From: Bilabrum cf. latius
Taxonomy: Eukaryota
NCBI GenBank assembly: GCA_965178125.1
Contig: OZ237739.1
Coordinates: 1,116,001-1,180,000, forward strand
DNA length: 64,000 nucleotides
Direction: 5' to 3'
Each line of letters begins with the position of its first letter. The first letter of the stretch is position 1. This document shows, piece after piece, positions 1 through 13,500 of the stretch. The position numbers were made by a program, and so were the translations under genes. The notes under the pieces are model-generated. The model searched no databases, was not told the DNA's origin, and saw only the letters and a list, made by a program, of their open reading frames with translations.

Positions 1-1
1 C

Positions 2-415
2 GACGAGGACGAGGATGACCCGTTAGAAGGCCTCTCAGGTGCCGAGAGGCGGAAGGCAAGGTAGAAGCTTCGGAAGAGGGCCAGAAAGAAGCAGCGTGGT
101 CGCAGCAAGACCTCTCGTCTCGCTGCCAAGAGGCAGGGCAATATCTGGGATGAAAACAAAGCCAAGCTCAGGCAGGAGAGGCAGCGGAAGGAAGCCGAGA
201 AGAAAGCCAGGGATGAAGCCAAGGCAGCATCCATCGAGAAAGCCAGGGCGAAAATCAAGGCGCAGCGGGATGCAGCGGTGGCAGCAGCTGGTGGGAGCGA
301 GGCCATGGGCCCGTCTTCGACAAAAGCAACTGCTCGGATGGTGGATACGAGCACTGCATTGGCTCGTTTTGCCAAGGAAAAGCAGCCCGTGTACCTTGGT
401 AGGCAAGGGAAATAA
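2..415 (+). CDS. UTP7: 3' end of a probable WDR46/Utp7 (BING4) SSU-processome protein; the 5' part lies outside the window
   Basis: Frame from nt 2 reads DEDEDDPLEGLSGAERRKAR[TAG 62-64]KLRKRARKKQRGRSKTSRLAAKRQGNIWDENKAKLRQERQRKEAEKK...STALARFAKEKQPVYLGRQGK-TAA(413-415). The 'RGRS...D E.. ...ALxRF' tail resembles the WDR46/Utp7 C-terminus as I recall it. Confidence 0.6.
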
Positions 416-475
416 ATAATTACCACGAACTTCTATGTATTTCCACCTGTTCATCCTGTGCACCGCCAGCAAGGA

Positions 476-3400
476 TCACTCGCGACCACCCAACTGCCGC
501 TCTTCGCTAGCATCGTCCTGCGAAGTTGCCTGGCCAGCCACAACTTCATGGCACCGCTGGCAAATCGGTACCAGGGAATCCGCCCCTTCCGCTTGCGCTT
601 GGCTGTCGTCGGACAGGGGCACAACGGTTGGCTCGTACCGCCAGCATCGACCGCATCGGTGACCGTCTGCCGAGGCCAGCTGCACCGATATCTGCACGCT
701 ACCGAGCGCACCCTATCTCTTGGAAACAGTCTTGAATGATGCGTCAAGGTGTAGCTCAGACAAGGGGTCCGCTGTTGCCGGATCCTTTCCGTCGCCCAGC
801 AGCAGCTCCTGCTCATCCACAATTCTCACTGTCAAATCCAGCGGATGGTCCATGCGGCCCCCCAAGGAACCCGGCCCTGCCACAGACGCAGACTCCGCCA
901 TGGTTTGCAATGCACCATCGATCTCAGCCGCATCCCCAACGCAAGCCACCTTCACGCCCGACACCTTGAGTGCATCAGACAGGTCGCATCTCCCTCGAGC
1001 CGAGAAGCTCAAGCTACCACTGGTGGCCCCCTGCTCCTAGCCGGCAAACCACGCCAAATATGCCGCCACCGCCGGCGCATCGGTCCCCGAAACGACAATC
1101 CTGGCATCAACCTCTTCGTCCGAGCCCACAAGACCATCGGTCCTGGCCCTCGCACGGAGGCTGTCCACGAGGCCACGCACAGCTCGTACAGCCTCATGCG
1201 CATCCTCGAGGAGCATGCAGCCGTCATTCGGCACACCTAGGGCAGCCGCAAGGGCTGGCACCTCGTGCGGCATCAGAGCTTCCCACCACCCGGGAAAGTC
1301 TGCGTGCGACCAGGACGAATCCATGCTGCTGATGCCGCTGACAAGAGGATCCGCCAGCAGATCCCTGCCCTTGCCGGTTCCAGTGCCTCCTGCGGCAGCA
1401 TCCACAATCTCGATCGAGTGCTGGAATATATCCTCTGCCGTGTAAGGTGCCACCGGTGCCAGGCTGGTGACCATGCCGCGCAAGCTGGCCCACAGCACGG
1501 CTCGGCAGCTCCGGCTCCTGGGATGCTCGAGCGGATCCGCATACAGACGGTCTTTGCACGCGTCCAGATAGCCAGCAGACATGTCTTGCGCCGCAAACTC
1601 GCCGAGCGCGGTGACGGCTCCCTTTGTCCCCAGGCCACCGTACGCAAGCCTTGCCTGATGCGTCATGCGACGCAGCGATGCAAGAGCCACTCTGTCGAGA
1701 GGGGTGTAGGCGGACAGTCCAGAGGGGCCGCCAGATGCGGGTGCGGGAGGCTGCGTCCAACTAGCGATAGCTGCAGCCTCGAGATCACCAGAAGCATCGT
1801 TTGCTACGCCCAGCTCTGCCGCGGTGCTTCCTTCGAGTGCTCCCAGGATAAACCGAGCGGTATTGCGCAACCTCCTCAGCTGCTCGAACGACTGCGCCAC
1901 GGAATCCTGCGAGATGGCCACGTCCGATTTCCAATCACTGCTAGCCACCCACATGCGCGCCACGTCCACTCCGTACGCTGGCGAGCCTTTGGCGCCGCCC
2001 TGCTTGCTTCCTTTGGGTGCTTTCGCGCCCTGTTGGTTCGTGCTGATACCGGCCTTGGCAAGCTCCGCGGCCCGTTTGGCCTTCTTCTCTGCCTGCAGCT
2101 TGCGCTTCTTCTCGCGCTTGAGCTGGCTCTTGCTCTTTGGCTTGGATGGCTCGGTGCTTTCCTGAGACTTAGCGTCGATCGTGGCTTCCGGCGAAGTCTG
2201 GGGAAGCTCTGGCTCTAAATTCTGGCTCTGAGGTGCAGCTCCAATGGGCGTGTCGCTGCCTTCAATAATCTCGCTAGGCTCGACTCCGTTCCCGAGGCTT
2301 TTGCTCATCTTCCTGCCCTAGCCATCCGTGATGAAGCCATGCGTCACTACCGCACGATAAGGAGCCCGACCCGCGGACAGCACGCTCGTCAGCAAGGAGG
2401 ACTGGAACCAGCCCCGGTGCTGGTCGGAGCCCTCAAGCACAACGTGGCTGGCGGGCGGAGCGCCTTCAAGCCATTCCTTGCCCTGTGCCTCGCCAGTGAA
2501 TGCTATGCCTGATTCGTCCGTGGCACCTTCCGCCATGTCGGCCCGCAGGTTTCCCTTTCCGGCCCATGCCGCTGTCCAGCTCGACCCAGAGTCGAACCAC
2601 ACGTCCAGCGTGTCTGTGCTCTTGGCCCACCACCTGCCCTCTGCGTCCCGCACGCACTCCCGCCCCTCCGTGTCCACGCCCCTCTGCTCCACCCCGAGAT
2701 CGGACACGCGCCATTCCTCGGGTAGCCAGTCTGCTGCGTGCCTTTCGAACCAAACGCCAGTACCATGCTCCTTGACCGCCTCGATCACCCCGGACAGCCA
2801 GCTCTGCCCCATGAACGCCGCGCCGCGACCGCTCTCCAAGTCGCCCTCGTGCGCCTGATCGGTGTGAAAACCTCGGTCCGAGCCTCCCACAGCAGATTCG
2901 GACGCGGGACCACTGGACCGTAGCAGTACCGGGATGGGAACCCCCCACGACCTCTGCCTGCTGATGCACCACCTGGGCCTCGAGCCGACCATCGACTCCA
3001 GGCGGTTGCGAGAAGCAGGGGGTTCCATCTGCACGCTCTGCAAGGCCTTCAGAGAACGTTCCCTGACATCGGAAGGAAGCTCAGCAAACCACTGCGGCGT
3101 GGTCCGGATGATAACGGGCTGCTTGGCTCGCCAGTCGTATGGGTACCTGTGCCTGTGCTCCTCCTCAAGCAACAGGGTCCCTCGTGATACCAAGTCGTCG
3201 ATCACAGCCGCTGTGCCTGCGCTGAAAATCTCCTTGCCAGCGTATTTGGCTCCAGCATCTGCCGTGAAGATGCCCTTGCCATCCACGGGGCAGAGATTGG
3301 TGCGGAGCGGCACAGCCCCCTCACCCTGGTTGAGCTGGCTGATGGCATCGAAGTCCTCTTGGCCGTGTCCTGGAGCCGTGTGCACGATCCCAGTGCCGCT

Positions 3401-4612
3401 ATCAGCCGTGACGTGGTCGCCGGTCACCACCACAGACAGGCGTGGTGCTGCTGCCAGACTAGCGCTGCTGGTGCTGCTGGCAGAATGCCCACCAGCATCT
3501 ACAGTGCCTCGCGTCACACTCGAAGGCACATTATCTCCCAACGGGTGCTCGAACAAAAGGCCTTTCAATCCTTCACCCTTCACCTCCTCAAGCACTCTAA
3601 ACTCTACCGAACTAGCTGCTGCTGGTGCCTCCTCCACGCCTACCGACCGAGCTCGCGCTGCCTCAGCTAGCACCCTACCTAGGTCACCCATCCGCTCTTT
3701 TGCGACCAGCAGGGGTGGGCCCGCACCTCCATCGCCCCCTGTCTGCGGCTAAACGATGCAGTACTCCATCTTCGGCCCCACAGCAAGAGCCACGTTGCCA
3801 GGCAGGGTCCAAGGCGTGGTCGTCCACACGGCCGCAACCAGATCGGGATACGAGGCAGCGAGGGATTGGGCCCGCGCGGAGGCCGGGGCGGATGAAGACC
3901 CAGTCGCGTGGAGCTTGAATCCTACATAAATCGATCTAGAAACGTGGTCGTCGGCGTATTCCAGTTCCGCTTCGGCGAGGGCTGTCTGCGTGGCGGGCGA
4001 CCAGTAGACCGGCTGCTCTCCGCGCTTCAAGCAGCCACTGCGAGCAAGATGGGCAAACATGCGGAGCTGCTCTGCCTCGTACGCTGGATCTAAGGTGCGA
4101 TATGACGCTTGGATTGCATCGGCCCCGGCACAAGCCTCCCAGTCTGCCATGGCGCCCCACCGCACCATGTCCGCCATCTGGGCCTTGATCGCGTCCTTGG
4201 CGCATGCCTCGGCCACATTGCGCACTTCTGCCGGACTCCGTGCACCAGTCAATTGTAATTTCAACGCCTTGAGCTCAATGGGAAGCCCATGGCAATCCCA
4301 ACCTGGGACAAAGACGGCGCGCCTTCCTCGCAGAGTATGAAATCGATTGAATGTGTCTTTTACAACTCTGTTGACGAAGTGACCGAGGTGCAAGTTGCCG
4401 TTTGCGTACGGTGGTCCATCGTGCAGTACAAAATCCGCAGATTTGCCTTTTCGACGCTCCAGCTGCTTTCTGTATGCGTGTGTTGTAATTCGGTCGGTAG
4501 CTACGGGCTCCCTCTCAGCCGCTCTCGACCGCATTGGGAACCTTGGCTTCGGCAGCAGGAGCGACAACTTCGCTGCAGACTTTGAAATCACCCGACTGGT
4601 CGCAGAAGACAT
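476..4612 (-). CDS. IARS2: Isoleucyl-tRNA synthetase, bacterial/organellar (IleRS1) type, probably mitochondrial; intronless, about 1378 aa when TAG is read through
   Basis: Five collinear in-frame ORFs joined by TAG at 3749, 2318, 1037 and 713. Motifs: FVLHDGPPYANGNLHLGH (HIGH), PGWDCHGLPIE, WTTTPWTLPGN, GTGIVHTAPGHG, WCISRQRSWGVPIP, DTLDVWFDSG, EGSDQHRGWFQSSL, HGFITDG[TAG]GRKMSKSLGN and a C-terminal Zn knuckle CGRCWRY...CQRC. Ends in TGA. The start ATG at 4612 is inferred. Confidence 0.95.
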
Positions 4613-4814
4613 ACTAGTGCCTTGTATTAGGTGAAATAATAGAACAGGTGCGATTCCTCTGTAGGTTCCGCTGATGGTCCCGCGTCGATGCGCGGCGCCT
4701 TTGCACATCGGACCTGGGAGGTACCATTGCAGTGAATCAGCACCAAAGTTGACGTGCCGTATGATACGGTGCCACAATACGGTTGCGTCCTCCCTGTGAT
4801 ATATGCCTCGATCA

Positions 4815-4881
4815 ATCCGGAGACGAGACGTGGTACTACACAGGGCTGCGGCAACAGGCATCCGGAGACGAGACGTGGTAC
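4815..4881. repeat. 22-bp perfect direct repeat (ATCCGGAGACGAGACGTGGTAC x2) in a divergent intergenic region
   Basis: Copies at 4815-4836 and 4860-4881, between the IleRS start (-) and the membrane-protein start (+). Confidence 0.85.
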
Positions 4882-5256
4882 ATGGTGCAACCGGAAAGTA
4901 ACTGTGTGTGGATGGGAGGGGTGAGTGGCTGTCGTGTTGCCCCATCGGTCAGCAGCCGTGTGACCTAGGTATCTGGCAATGATCCGGATCCGATCCACAC
5001 GGCAGTGCCGCAGTGCGATGGATTCCCGGAGAGCTCCAACAATGCCCGCCTGACATATTCCAACAGCCCGAGCCTGGATACAAATTGGTTTAATTGCTAG
5101 TTTTGGGTGCCAAACGCCCCAGCTGGGAGCAAAACTGTCCCTGGTGCCCCTCGTCAAGCCAAGCAAGCAAATCAACCGCATTTGCGACCAGTCTTGAGCC
5201 CGCTGTGGGCTTCAAGCTCTCGGCACAACGGCCCCGCTAAGGGAAAGTGCCTATTA

Positions 5257-8200
5257 ATGCGTCACCAAGCATGGCAGATGGGTGTATTAGTGCTCATTCT
5301 TGCATCTCCTCTCGGAAGAGCCGGTGAAATCCTAATGAGTGCGGATCATGAGCAGCGATACGGGCTCCTAGACAGCGGGCTGCTGATCAACGAACGTGCA
5401 TGGCCCATATCGGATAATTTTTCTGAACTTTCGGCGGGTAAAGATGATTTTGTGCACAATGTGGTGGACAGGGCCATAGAGTAGGCAGATCTGGAGCTGG
5501 GCCAAGCCTCCATCACGTTTCGGTAGGGGGATGGACACGGATCTCGTCGAAACGAGTTTTCCGCTGATTCAATAAATGGCAGCATGATTGCAATGCTAGA
5601 ATCTTCTGAAATGGCTCCTGCTCCGATTGTTGGGGCTACGTAGGGTAAGTCACGCCGTGGAAGTTTGGGGAATAGGCTGGTCACCGCTGACGTCGGGCCT
5701 TTGATACGTGTCTGCACCCTACCTGTCTCTTCTGCATCGCAGGTGGTGGTACTGCTGTAGGTATGGTTGGAATCCACCCTATTCTGCGGTCTTTGCTGTC
5801 TGAAGGAGAGAATCTGCAAGCGATGTGGCCTTTCACGGAGGTTTCGGCCAAACTAAACTACAGTGAGAATGGCGGTATAAGGGGACTGACTTGCTGCTGG
5901 TTGCTTTGATTGTTTGCATTGATTGCAGTCTCAGCTGTAGGGATGTTGGCTTGTTCGTGGGCCTCCCGCCTACCTCGCTCTAGCTTTTCCTGTGTTCTCG
6001 TCTGCAGACAGTTCACTGGTTGCGCCGAATTACCTTGCAATTTTGCCTGCTACCTCTATTACACCCCATTTATTTGTAGGTGGCTTTGGTATGCGACGGA
6101 GCCTCACGGCCCAGGACATGAGCCGAAGCAACCCAGGGCTGAACCGGCCGTGCGGACTCGGCAATTCCTAGCCGGCTACGGGCTCCGTGAGCGCTCAGGC
6201 TGGCATGGGCTGGGGCCTGGGATCGGTACTATTCGAGCCAAAGTCTGCAGTGCACGTCAGGCCAGTGCAGTCCGGCATGGACGGCTGGGTGTCACCACTC
6301 GACGACGGGCGGTACAACCCCCAACTTGACGACGCCGAGACGCCCGAGGTGCAGATCGAGATGTGGATGCTTCGGCTCCGCAACTCGCTGGTCTCATCCA
6401 CTCCGTTCAACATGGCCTGCGGATACATGGGCCTCCCGTCTTCTGGGCAGCCCTCGGGCCAGCAGGTCGGGTGGTCCGAGGCCATGCTCACCTTTTTCCT
6501 CCCAAGCTGCATCCGGCAGAACTTCGACCTCAATGTCTCCACTACGTTCCAGCCGATCCCGCACCAGGACGTGACCACCTACGAACAAGCCGAAGTGGCC
6601 AGGCTGCCGCCGCAGCAGCAGCACTACATCAAAACTTCGTGCGAGGTACAGGTGTGCGACTCGTCTCTCTCCGCCCTCAAGTGGCACCACGTTCTCTTCT
6701 GGCAAAACAAGAGAACGACCATGCCGTAGATCCTCCTAGACTCGAATCTGTGAGAACTGAACAAACGCACACAGGCTCATATTCAGTGTGCTTCCCCGTT
6801 CCATGCAGCACATCACGTGCTCACTACAGGCAAGTCAGGGGAAGTCGGGGGTCAACGGCCGCTTGGCAAGCGCAACCACACTGTCCATGTTATTTTGTTC
6901 ATTGTATCTCTTGTTCCGCAGGGGTGCTGGGTGGAACGGCTCCGACTGCATGCATTGCAGGTGCCCGGACTTTCCCTCCTCTGTGCAGCAGGGTCAGTGC
7001 GGGCGATGCACGCACGACACACGCATCAGACCCAACAAGCTGCAGACCCTCAAGCCGGAGAGCGGGCTGGTTTTTGGAGGCACGTTCAACCAAGTCGCCT
7101 TCGGCGCCTTTTAGTTCGTCTCTGTCCTCAAGAAGACTTCCCCCAGGCGGCTCGGCCCCCAGTTCGCCCCTCGTCTCCCTCCCGTCGACCAGGGCCACTG
7201 GGTCATCCGCAACACGAGCCTTGAAGGATACTTTGAGGGCAGAGCCACTGCGTACGCCAGGTGCGACCACCCCGGTCTCGTGGCCGTGGGCACGCCCGGC
7301 GGCCGCACCTGGCTGGGTTCTTGGAGCGGCCCTCCATGGGAGGGAACCCCGGAGCAAGATGCTGACAGGGCGGTCGTGTCAGACATGCGCCGCCGGGCCG
7401 CCACAGCGGGATAGGGCCTGCCCCTCCGGTACCGGTACCTCCCATCCTACCTTGAAGATGCCCGCGGCAAGTTCGACCCGGACCGGTCGGGGCGGCTCGA
7501 CGGCAGCGAGTCCGCCGGCGACCCGAGCAAGCTGGAGGAGGCAAAGCAGACCGGCTTTGCTGCGGGCGACTACGCCGAGACGTATCGCCTGCCATGGGCG
7601 ATTCCTCGCTGCGTTGAGCCCTGGGGCTCCGAGTCGCCCTACCGCGAGATCTTCCACCGCCACGGGGCCTACGCGTGGGACAAGACGCACGAGGAGTAGG
7701 CCGTGGTGACGCTCACGCTGCAGGTGGACCCGGCCCAGTTCCCTCCGGGGAGCCCGCAGGGAGACACGCTCGCCAACAAGCTCAGGGTAGAGCTGGTCGA
7801 CCTGATCGCACAGATCGAGTCCTCACGCATCGCCGTTTTCCTCGAGCGATCCTCGGAGCTGCAGAAGCGAAGCCCTCCGGGGATGCTAGCCATCGTGCAC
7901 ATCTACCCCTCTAATCAGCCGGCCCCGGCCAGCGGCGCTCTGGGTGAGGACGACGACCTGCCGGTGGTGTACGACGATGACGCCGGACGCATCACGGCGG
8001 AAGGTGGCGCCACGGTGCAGAACAGCCCCCGCATCGTAGCCTACCAGATTATCGACCTGTTCGCGTCTCCAAGCGACGCCGTGCTGGCAGACACGCTCGC
8101 TCTCGCGCAACGGTATCCGCAGGACGAGCCCCGGCCCACGCTGGAGCTGCTTCCCCGCTGCAAGGACGGGAGCTTCGCGAGGATCTGCTCCGCGACGTGG

Positions 8201-10285
8201 TTCTTCTCTCGCGGGTTCATCGGGCTCGTGTGCTTCTTCGCTCTGTCCTGGGGCACCGTGTTCCTTGGGAGGTGCTGCATCGATGACAGCGGGATCATCC
8301 CCGAGACGAGTGCCCAGCAAAAGATGCGGCTGGAGTCCCGCGAGACGACTCGAAGCGGCACCAAGTCGGCCCGCGACTCAGAGGCATCGACGGGAGGAGC
8401 GGCCGCGCACGCCGCCAGCAGCTCCAACCGGTCCGAATCGCATGGACCCAAGGTCAACTACGACGACGAGGAGGACGAAGTGACGGGCAGTAGCTGGGGC
8501 TCTGGAGGTCATGACAAGCCCGGCGGCCGGCACGTGCTGGCTGGTTACAGCCTAGATGTGGATGAGGAGGGCGGAGCATCTGGCGGATCCAGCGGTGCGG
8601 GGAAGCGCTCGGAAGGAGGCATCGCGGCGAGCGGCTCCAGAATCTCGACGAGTTCTGCCCGCACAGGGATGCGCCAGGCAGCTGTCAAACCTCCGACCAT
8701 GCCCATGGATCAGGAGATGCCGGGAGACTACCTTGATTCCTCCAGCGGGAACGGGGTGGGCATCACTGGATCCGATTCATTGGGCGGGATCGAGCTCCCT
8801 TCCGCTGACTCGGGCCTGCCCCCGCTCACCGGCAGCTTGAACTCATCCCCCGCGCAGGAGAACGTGCTGCATGGCGGGACGCTCTCGCAGAGCGGTGATC
8901 TCGGCAGCATCAACAGCTCAATGTGGAGGGTGGCCGGCGACAGCGGCAGCACCTCTGGCGGCTCCTCCCAGGACACTGCCAATCGGCTCATTATGCTGAG
9001 GTCGCGCCCACTGACCAGGACATCCAACATCCTGGTCCCAGCCTTTGGCGTGGTGTCAATGGGCTGCGTGTACCTGCAGCTGATCGTTCTCGTGCTGGAG
9101 AAGCAGCACCCCGCCTGGATCACCATCCTCGCTGCCCTGTGCGTGTTTGCGGCCGAGAACATCTGGTATGCCACAGTGCGGCACTACATCCTCGTGGTGG
9201 AAGACACTTCCAAAGACGCCAGGCTTAGCAAGTGGTACGCCGAGTCTATTGCCAACCGCGTCACCTACTGGGTCATCACTGCGCTGTCCATCTTCTTCGG
9301 CCCGACCACCTGCATGCTCCTGCAGTGCTACTGGAGGCGGTGGGAGGTCTTCAGCATGCCGCTGACTATGAGCAGGAACGCCCCCGAGGCGTACCCCGAC
9401 GTGCTGAGGAGGCACTCAAGCATACCTGCCATCACCGTGGTGGGTCCCACGTTCGTGGTGATCACCCTGCGCGTGATCGGCGTGTTCCCGCCTCCCCCAC
9501 CCGGCTGGCCCGCCATGGTCACGCTGGCCGTGCTGTTCCTGTACTTTGTGTTCACCATCGTGAGCGCGTACCTGGCCCGGCTGGACCTCCGTCTGGACGA
9601 GCAGTTCGATGCCGACAGGCGCGAGATGACGCAGGGCTTCGCGAGGTATGTGTCGGAGGACTCCAACATGCGGAGCAGACTCAGCGACGGGACACCGCCA
9701 CAGAGCGGGTCGAGGCAGATGGCTCCCGACCTGGGCCCCACCCTCCCCGCGGCGCAGGAGCGGCCGATGGGCAGCGGCGCGACCCCTCCGGACCCGCTGG
9801 GATACGGGGACTCGGAGGGGCCTCCCGTGTCAGAGAGCGACGGCGCCATTGGAGAGACGGCGGCGGTGGGTGTGCGGCCGGACGACAGCGCCGAGCCAGG
9901 GTATGACGCTCCGAGACCTGGAGGTCGGCGCGCGGAGCATCACGGGCACAACGGGAGGAGCAGCGCGGGCGCGGCGGGGCAGTCGTACAGCACGCCTGGT
10001 CTGAGCTACGCCCCGCAGTCGGACGGCACGTCTGCCTATGACAGGAGCGAGGCGGCGGGGAGGTCCACGTCCGGGGGTGGCGGCGGGAGGCAGGGACAGG
10101 GGCGTGGGCGTGAGCAAGGGCAGGAGCGCGGCAGGGGTCGTGTGGAGGACGATGGCTTCATGGTGCAGCAGGTGTACACGTCTGGGTCGGACGGGCGGCA
10201 GTCTGAAGTCGTGGGCGGGGCAGGGCGGGCGGGCCGTCCTGCTGTACGGGAGGACAGCCGGGACCCCGATGAGCCCGAGATCTGA
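5257..10285 (+). CDS. Large multi-exon membrane protein: signal peptide, Cys-containing ectodomain (LamG/ConA-like 'IEMW...KWHHV' segment), TM helix, low-complexity loop and a C-terminal multi-pass TM region
   Basis: Hydrophobic N-terminus MGVLVLILASPLG. Frame-consistent introns at about 5645-5742, 5863-6079, 6750-6829 and a GC-AG intron at 6866-6921. About 8 in-frame TAGs (e.g. 5482, 5641, 6727, 7112) link the pieces to ORF 7703-10285, which has several hydrophobic helices. Ends in TGA. Confidence 0.7.
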
Positions 10286-10536
10286 TGAGGGGTTTGGTTG
10301 CTGATGATTTGCTGCTCACTAGCATGTATTGTGCTGGTCTGGTTGAGCGATTGAGTCGGATTCAATCACGGCTTGTCATCTGGCTGGGTGTGGAGTGCTG
10401 TTTGTGCGTTTTGAGGCGAACCCCATCCACCGAATTACCCACCGAAAAAAGGTTCCGTTCATGCGCGGCGACTTAGAACCGAACAGGGCGGCGATATTGA
10501 GGCAAAAACGATCTCCTTGATTCGAATCAAAGCTTC

Positions 10537-13500
10537 ATGTAAGGACTATCGATTGGCGGGATGGCAAGATGGGGTTTTACAACGCACACCCTATCAAATA
10601 CAGCTTGAGTTGAACAAGATGTCCTTTTGGACTAAATTTTTGTCTTTTGATTGCTTGTTTTGGTCGCAGGCCCCTGTCCCGTTTGGCGGAGGAGCTGCAT
10701 ACCGCTCTACCCTATGTCGACAAGCTGGCCGAGCTCCTTGCACGTCGGCGAGATGATGTAGTCGCAGTGCTCGAGGAGCAGGACACTACCGATCCCGACG
10801 ATGCGAGTTGAGTTGAAGAGCCGCCTTCGAGTATTCGATGGGCAACACGGCCATGCTGGACGCGCAACTACGAAACATATTTTGTTATTCACTTACTGCA
10901 GCACAATTACACTGCTCTGAGTAAAGCTGCTGCGAACGGATGGAAGCCCTCGTGCGAGTTGCTGCTGTCAAAAGGTGCGCTGATCGAGGCCGAGGACGCC
11001 GTGAGTCGGAATTCGAGCACTACAAAGGTACCTGCCTTTGTCTCTTACGTTACGCATACCATAACTGCCACGCCCATTCAATTAAATAGGCTGTCAGGAG
11101 CGTTCATCGCACTAGCTTGTTGCACGGCTGGTGCGTCCATGCCGATCCAGATATCCTATGGATAAAGTTTTGTGATAGGTGGGCTTCCTACTCGACTTTC
11201 ATCACGCAAGCAACCCACTAACACGGGCACCTTATAGTTGCCATCCGTCCTTGTGCGAGCGGCTGCTGTCGAAAGGGGGCCCAACTGGAGGCAATGAGCA
11301 AGGTCGTTTGAGAACACTGGAATCGAAACCAAATAGGGCCAGTATTAATTCGAGACCGCATACAATTAAGACAACCTTGCTCCTGTTCAGAATACTCCTT
11401 TTCCAGCTTGGACTCACGCCACTTGGACTGGCAGCTGAGAATGGCCATACCGCTGTGTGCGAGCTGCTGCTGTCGAAAGGGGCGCTAACCGAGGTCGAGG
11501 ACCCAGAGGTGAGTTGGGTTCGAGTGCGCGTGTGATTCTCCTGGCGATATACCTACGAAGGATTCGGCATGTTGGTCTTACTGGATGCTAGCTTTGGGTG
11601 CCCATGCTTGTGTAGCCATAGGGTTCGGATGCATCTTGGGATTTGCTTGTAGCAATGTCTGCACCCATGTCCGATGGCATATTCCCAGTGGAATTAAGGA
11701 GACAGAGTCTGATTCGTTGCTAACTTCAAAGGAGATGGTAAGCGTCTGAGCGATCCGGATGCGATGCGAAGAAGGAGATCGCGGCAACACATTGTCCGTA
11801 GGTGGGCCGAGGAATTGTTGCATTTGGCCTAGACTAGGAGAGACATCGTAATCGGATCCGGATTCCGGAATTATGGAAGAGGGCGGGCCACGAAGAGTGG
11901 AGGTAGGCATCTCTCCAGTCTATCGCCTCCATTCGGAGTGAAAGAGCTCAGGACTGACAGATTTATGCAGGCTCGCGCTGTGGCGACCTATTGCTGCTGG
12001 TTGTATATGGTGGGAGGCATTGCACTCAGCTGTGCTCTGTCGCGTGTGTGCATATATGTATGCGCCTCGCAGGAAGGAGACACGCCGCTTGGACTGGCAG
12101 CTGAGAATGGCCATACCGCTGTGTGCGAGCTGCTACTGTCGAAAGGGGCGCTGACCGAAATCAAGGACGCGGTGAGTTGGGTACGGGTGCACGTGTGAAT
12201 CTTGGGGTGATGTGGTTAGCGAGGATCCGGCATGTTGGTCTCACTTAATACTAGTGCGGCGTGTGGTGCTCATGCTTGTGTAGCCATAGGGTTCGGATGC
12301 ATCTTGGGATTTGCCAGTGGCATTGCCTGCACCCGTGTCCGGTGGCATATGTGTCAGAGCTGATGCATGACGCTGGCTCGCGTTGTGGTGGCCTGTTGGT
12401 GCTTGTTGTATATGTTGAGTAGAGTTGCACTCAGCGCTCCGTCGTACGTGTGCATATTTGCATGCGCCTCGCAGACTGGAACTACGCCGCTTGGATGGGC
12501 CGCCTACAATGGCCATACCGCTGTATGCGAGCTGCTGCTGTCGAAAGGGGCGCTGATCGAAGTCAGGGGCTATGTGAGTTTGCGACGAGCATTGCGCCTT
12601 GCGATGATCCGGGGTGGGCGTCGCACTGGACACGAGGTGGGGCGGTCATGCTTGTGTAGCCATTGGCTGGGACGTGTATTTGATTTGCTCGTGGCGTGAC
12701 ATTGCCTGCACCCGTGTTGGATGGCATCTGTGTTTGAGCTGATGCAAGATACAGGTTCGCGCTGTGGGGACTAGGAGTTGATTGGATATGGGTGGCATTG
12801 CACTCAGCTGTGCTCTGTCGCATGTGTGTATCTATTCATGCGCCTCGCAGGATGGACTCACGCCGCTTGGAGTGGCAGCTGAGAATGGCCATACCTCTGT
12901 ATGCGAGCTGCTGCTGTCGAAAGGGGCGCTGGTTTAGGCTGCGAACACTGTGAGTTTGTGACGCGCGTTGAAGAGCTGATTGTATACGGAAGGCATTGCA
13001 CTCAGTTGTGCTCTATCGCATGTGTGCATATATTTATGCACCTCGCAGGATGGAGACACGCCGCTTGGAATGGCAGCTGGGAATGGCCATGCCTCTATAT
13101 GCGAGCTGCTGCTGTCGAAAGGGGCAATTATTTGGCCCAAGTGCAGAGTGAGTTTGTGGTGTTGAGAGCGATCGGCATAGACTGGGTCCCACTGGATATG
13201 CTCGGGATGGTCTGTTGATTTGTACATTGTGCCGATATTTCGCATAGGCTCCTCTTGGATTGCCTGGCAGGAGCAATTAGCTGTTCGTGACGGTAGTGCC
13301 TCATCATCTTGAGTCGAAACCGAGAGCCCGTGTTCACTCCGTTTGCTTTGTTCCAGCTCGGAGATGAGTCACTGGTACCGAATTGGCAGAATGGAAAGAA
13401 TCGCTCGCCATTGACATGAATACCCGACATGCAGCAGCATACTAACTACTAGTTATGATAAAAGTTTCGCTTTCAACCGTAGAATGGCGCACCAGCATAT

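Noticed and set aside
476-4612. Bacterial origin or contamination suggested by the bacterial-type intronless IleRS
   Set aside because: It uses the same TAG recoding and has the same low-complexity inserts as its intron-containing eukaryotic neighbours, consistent with a nucleus-encoded organellar enzyme.
4613-4945. N-terminal 111-aa extension of IleRS given by the ORF track
   Set aside because: It starts at a non-ATG codon and runs through the promoter-like repeat region with no IleRS similarity. ATG 4612 is preferred, although a slightly longer targeting peptide is possible.
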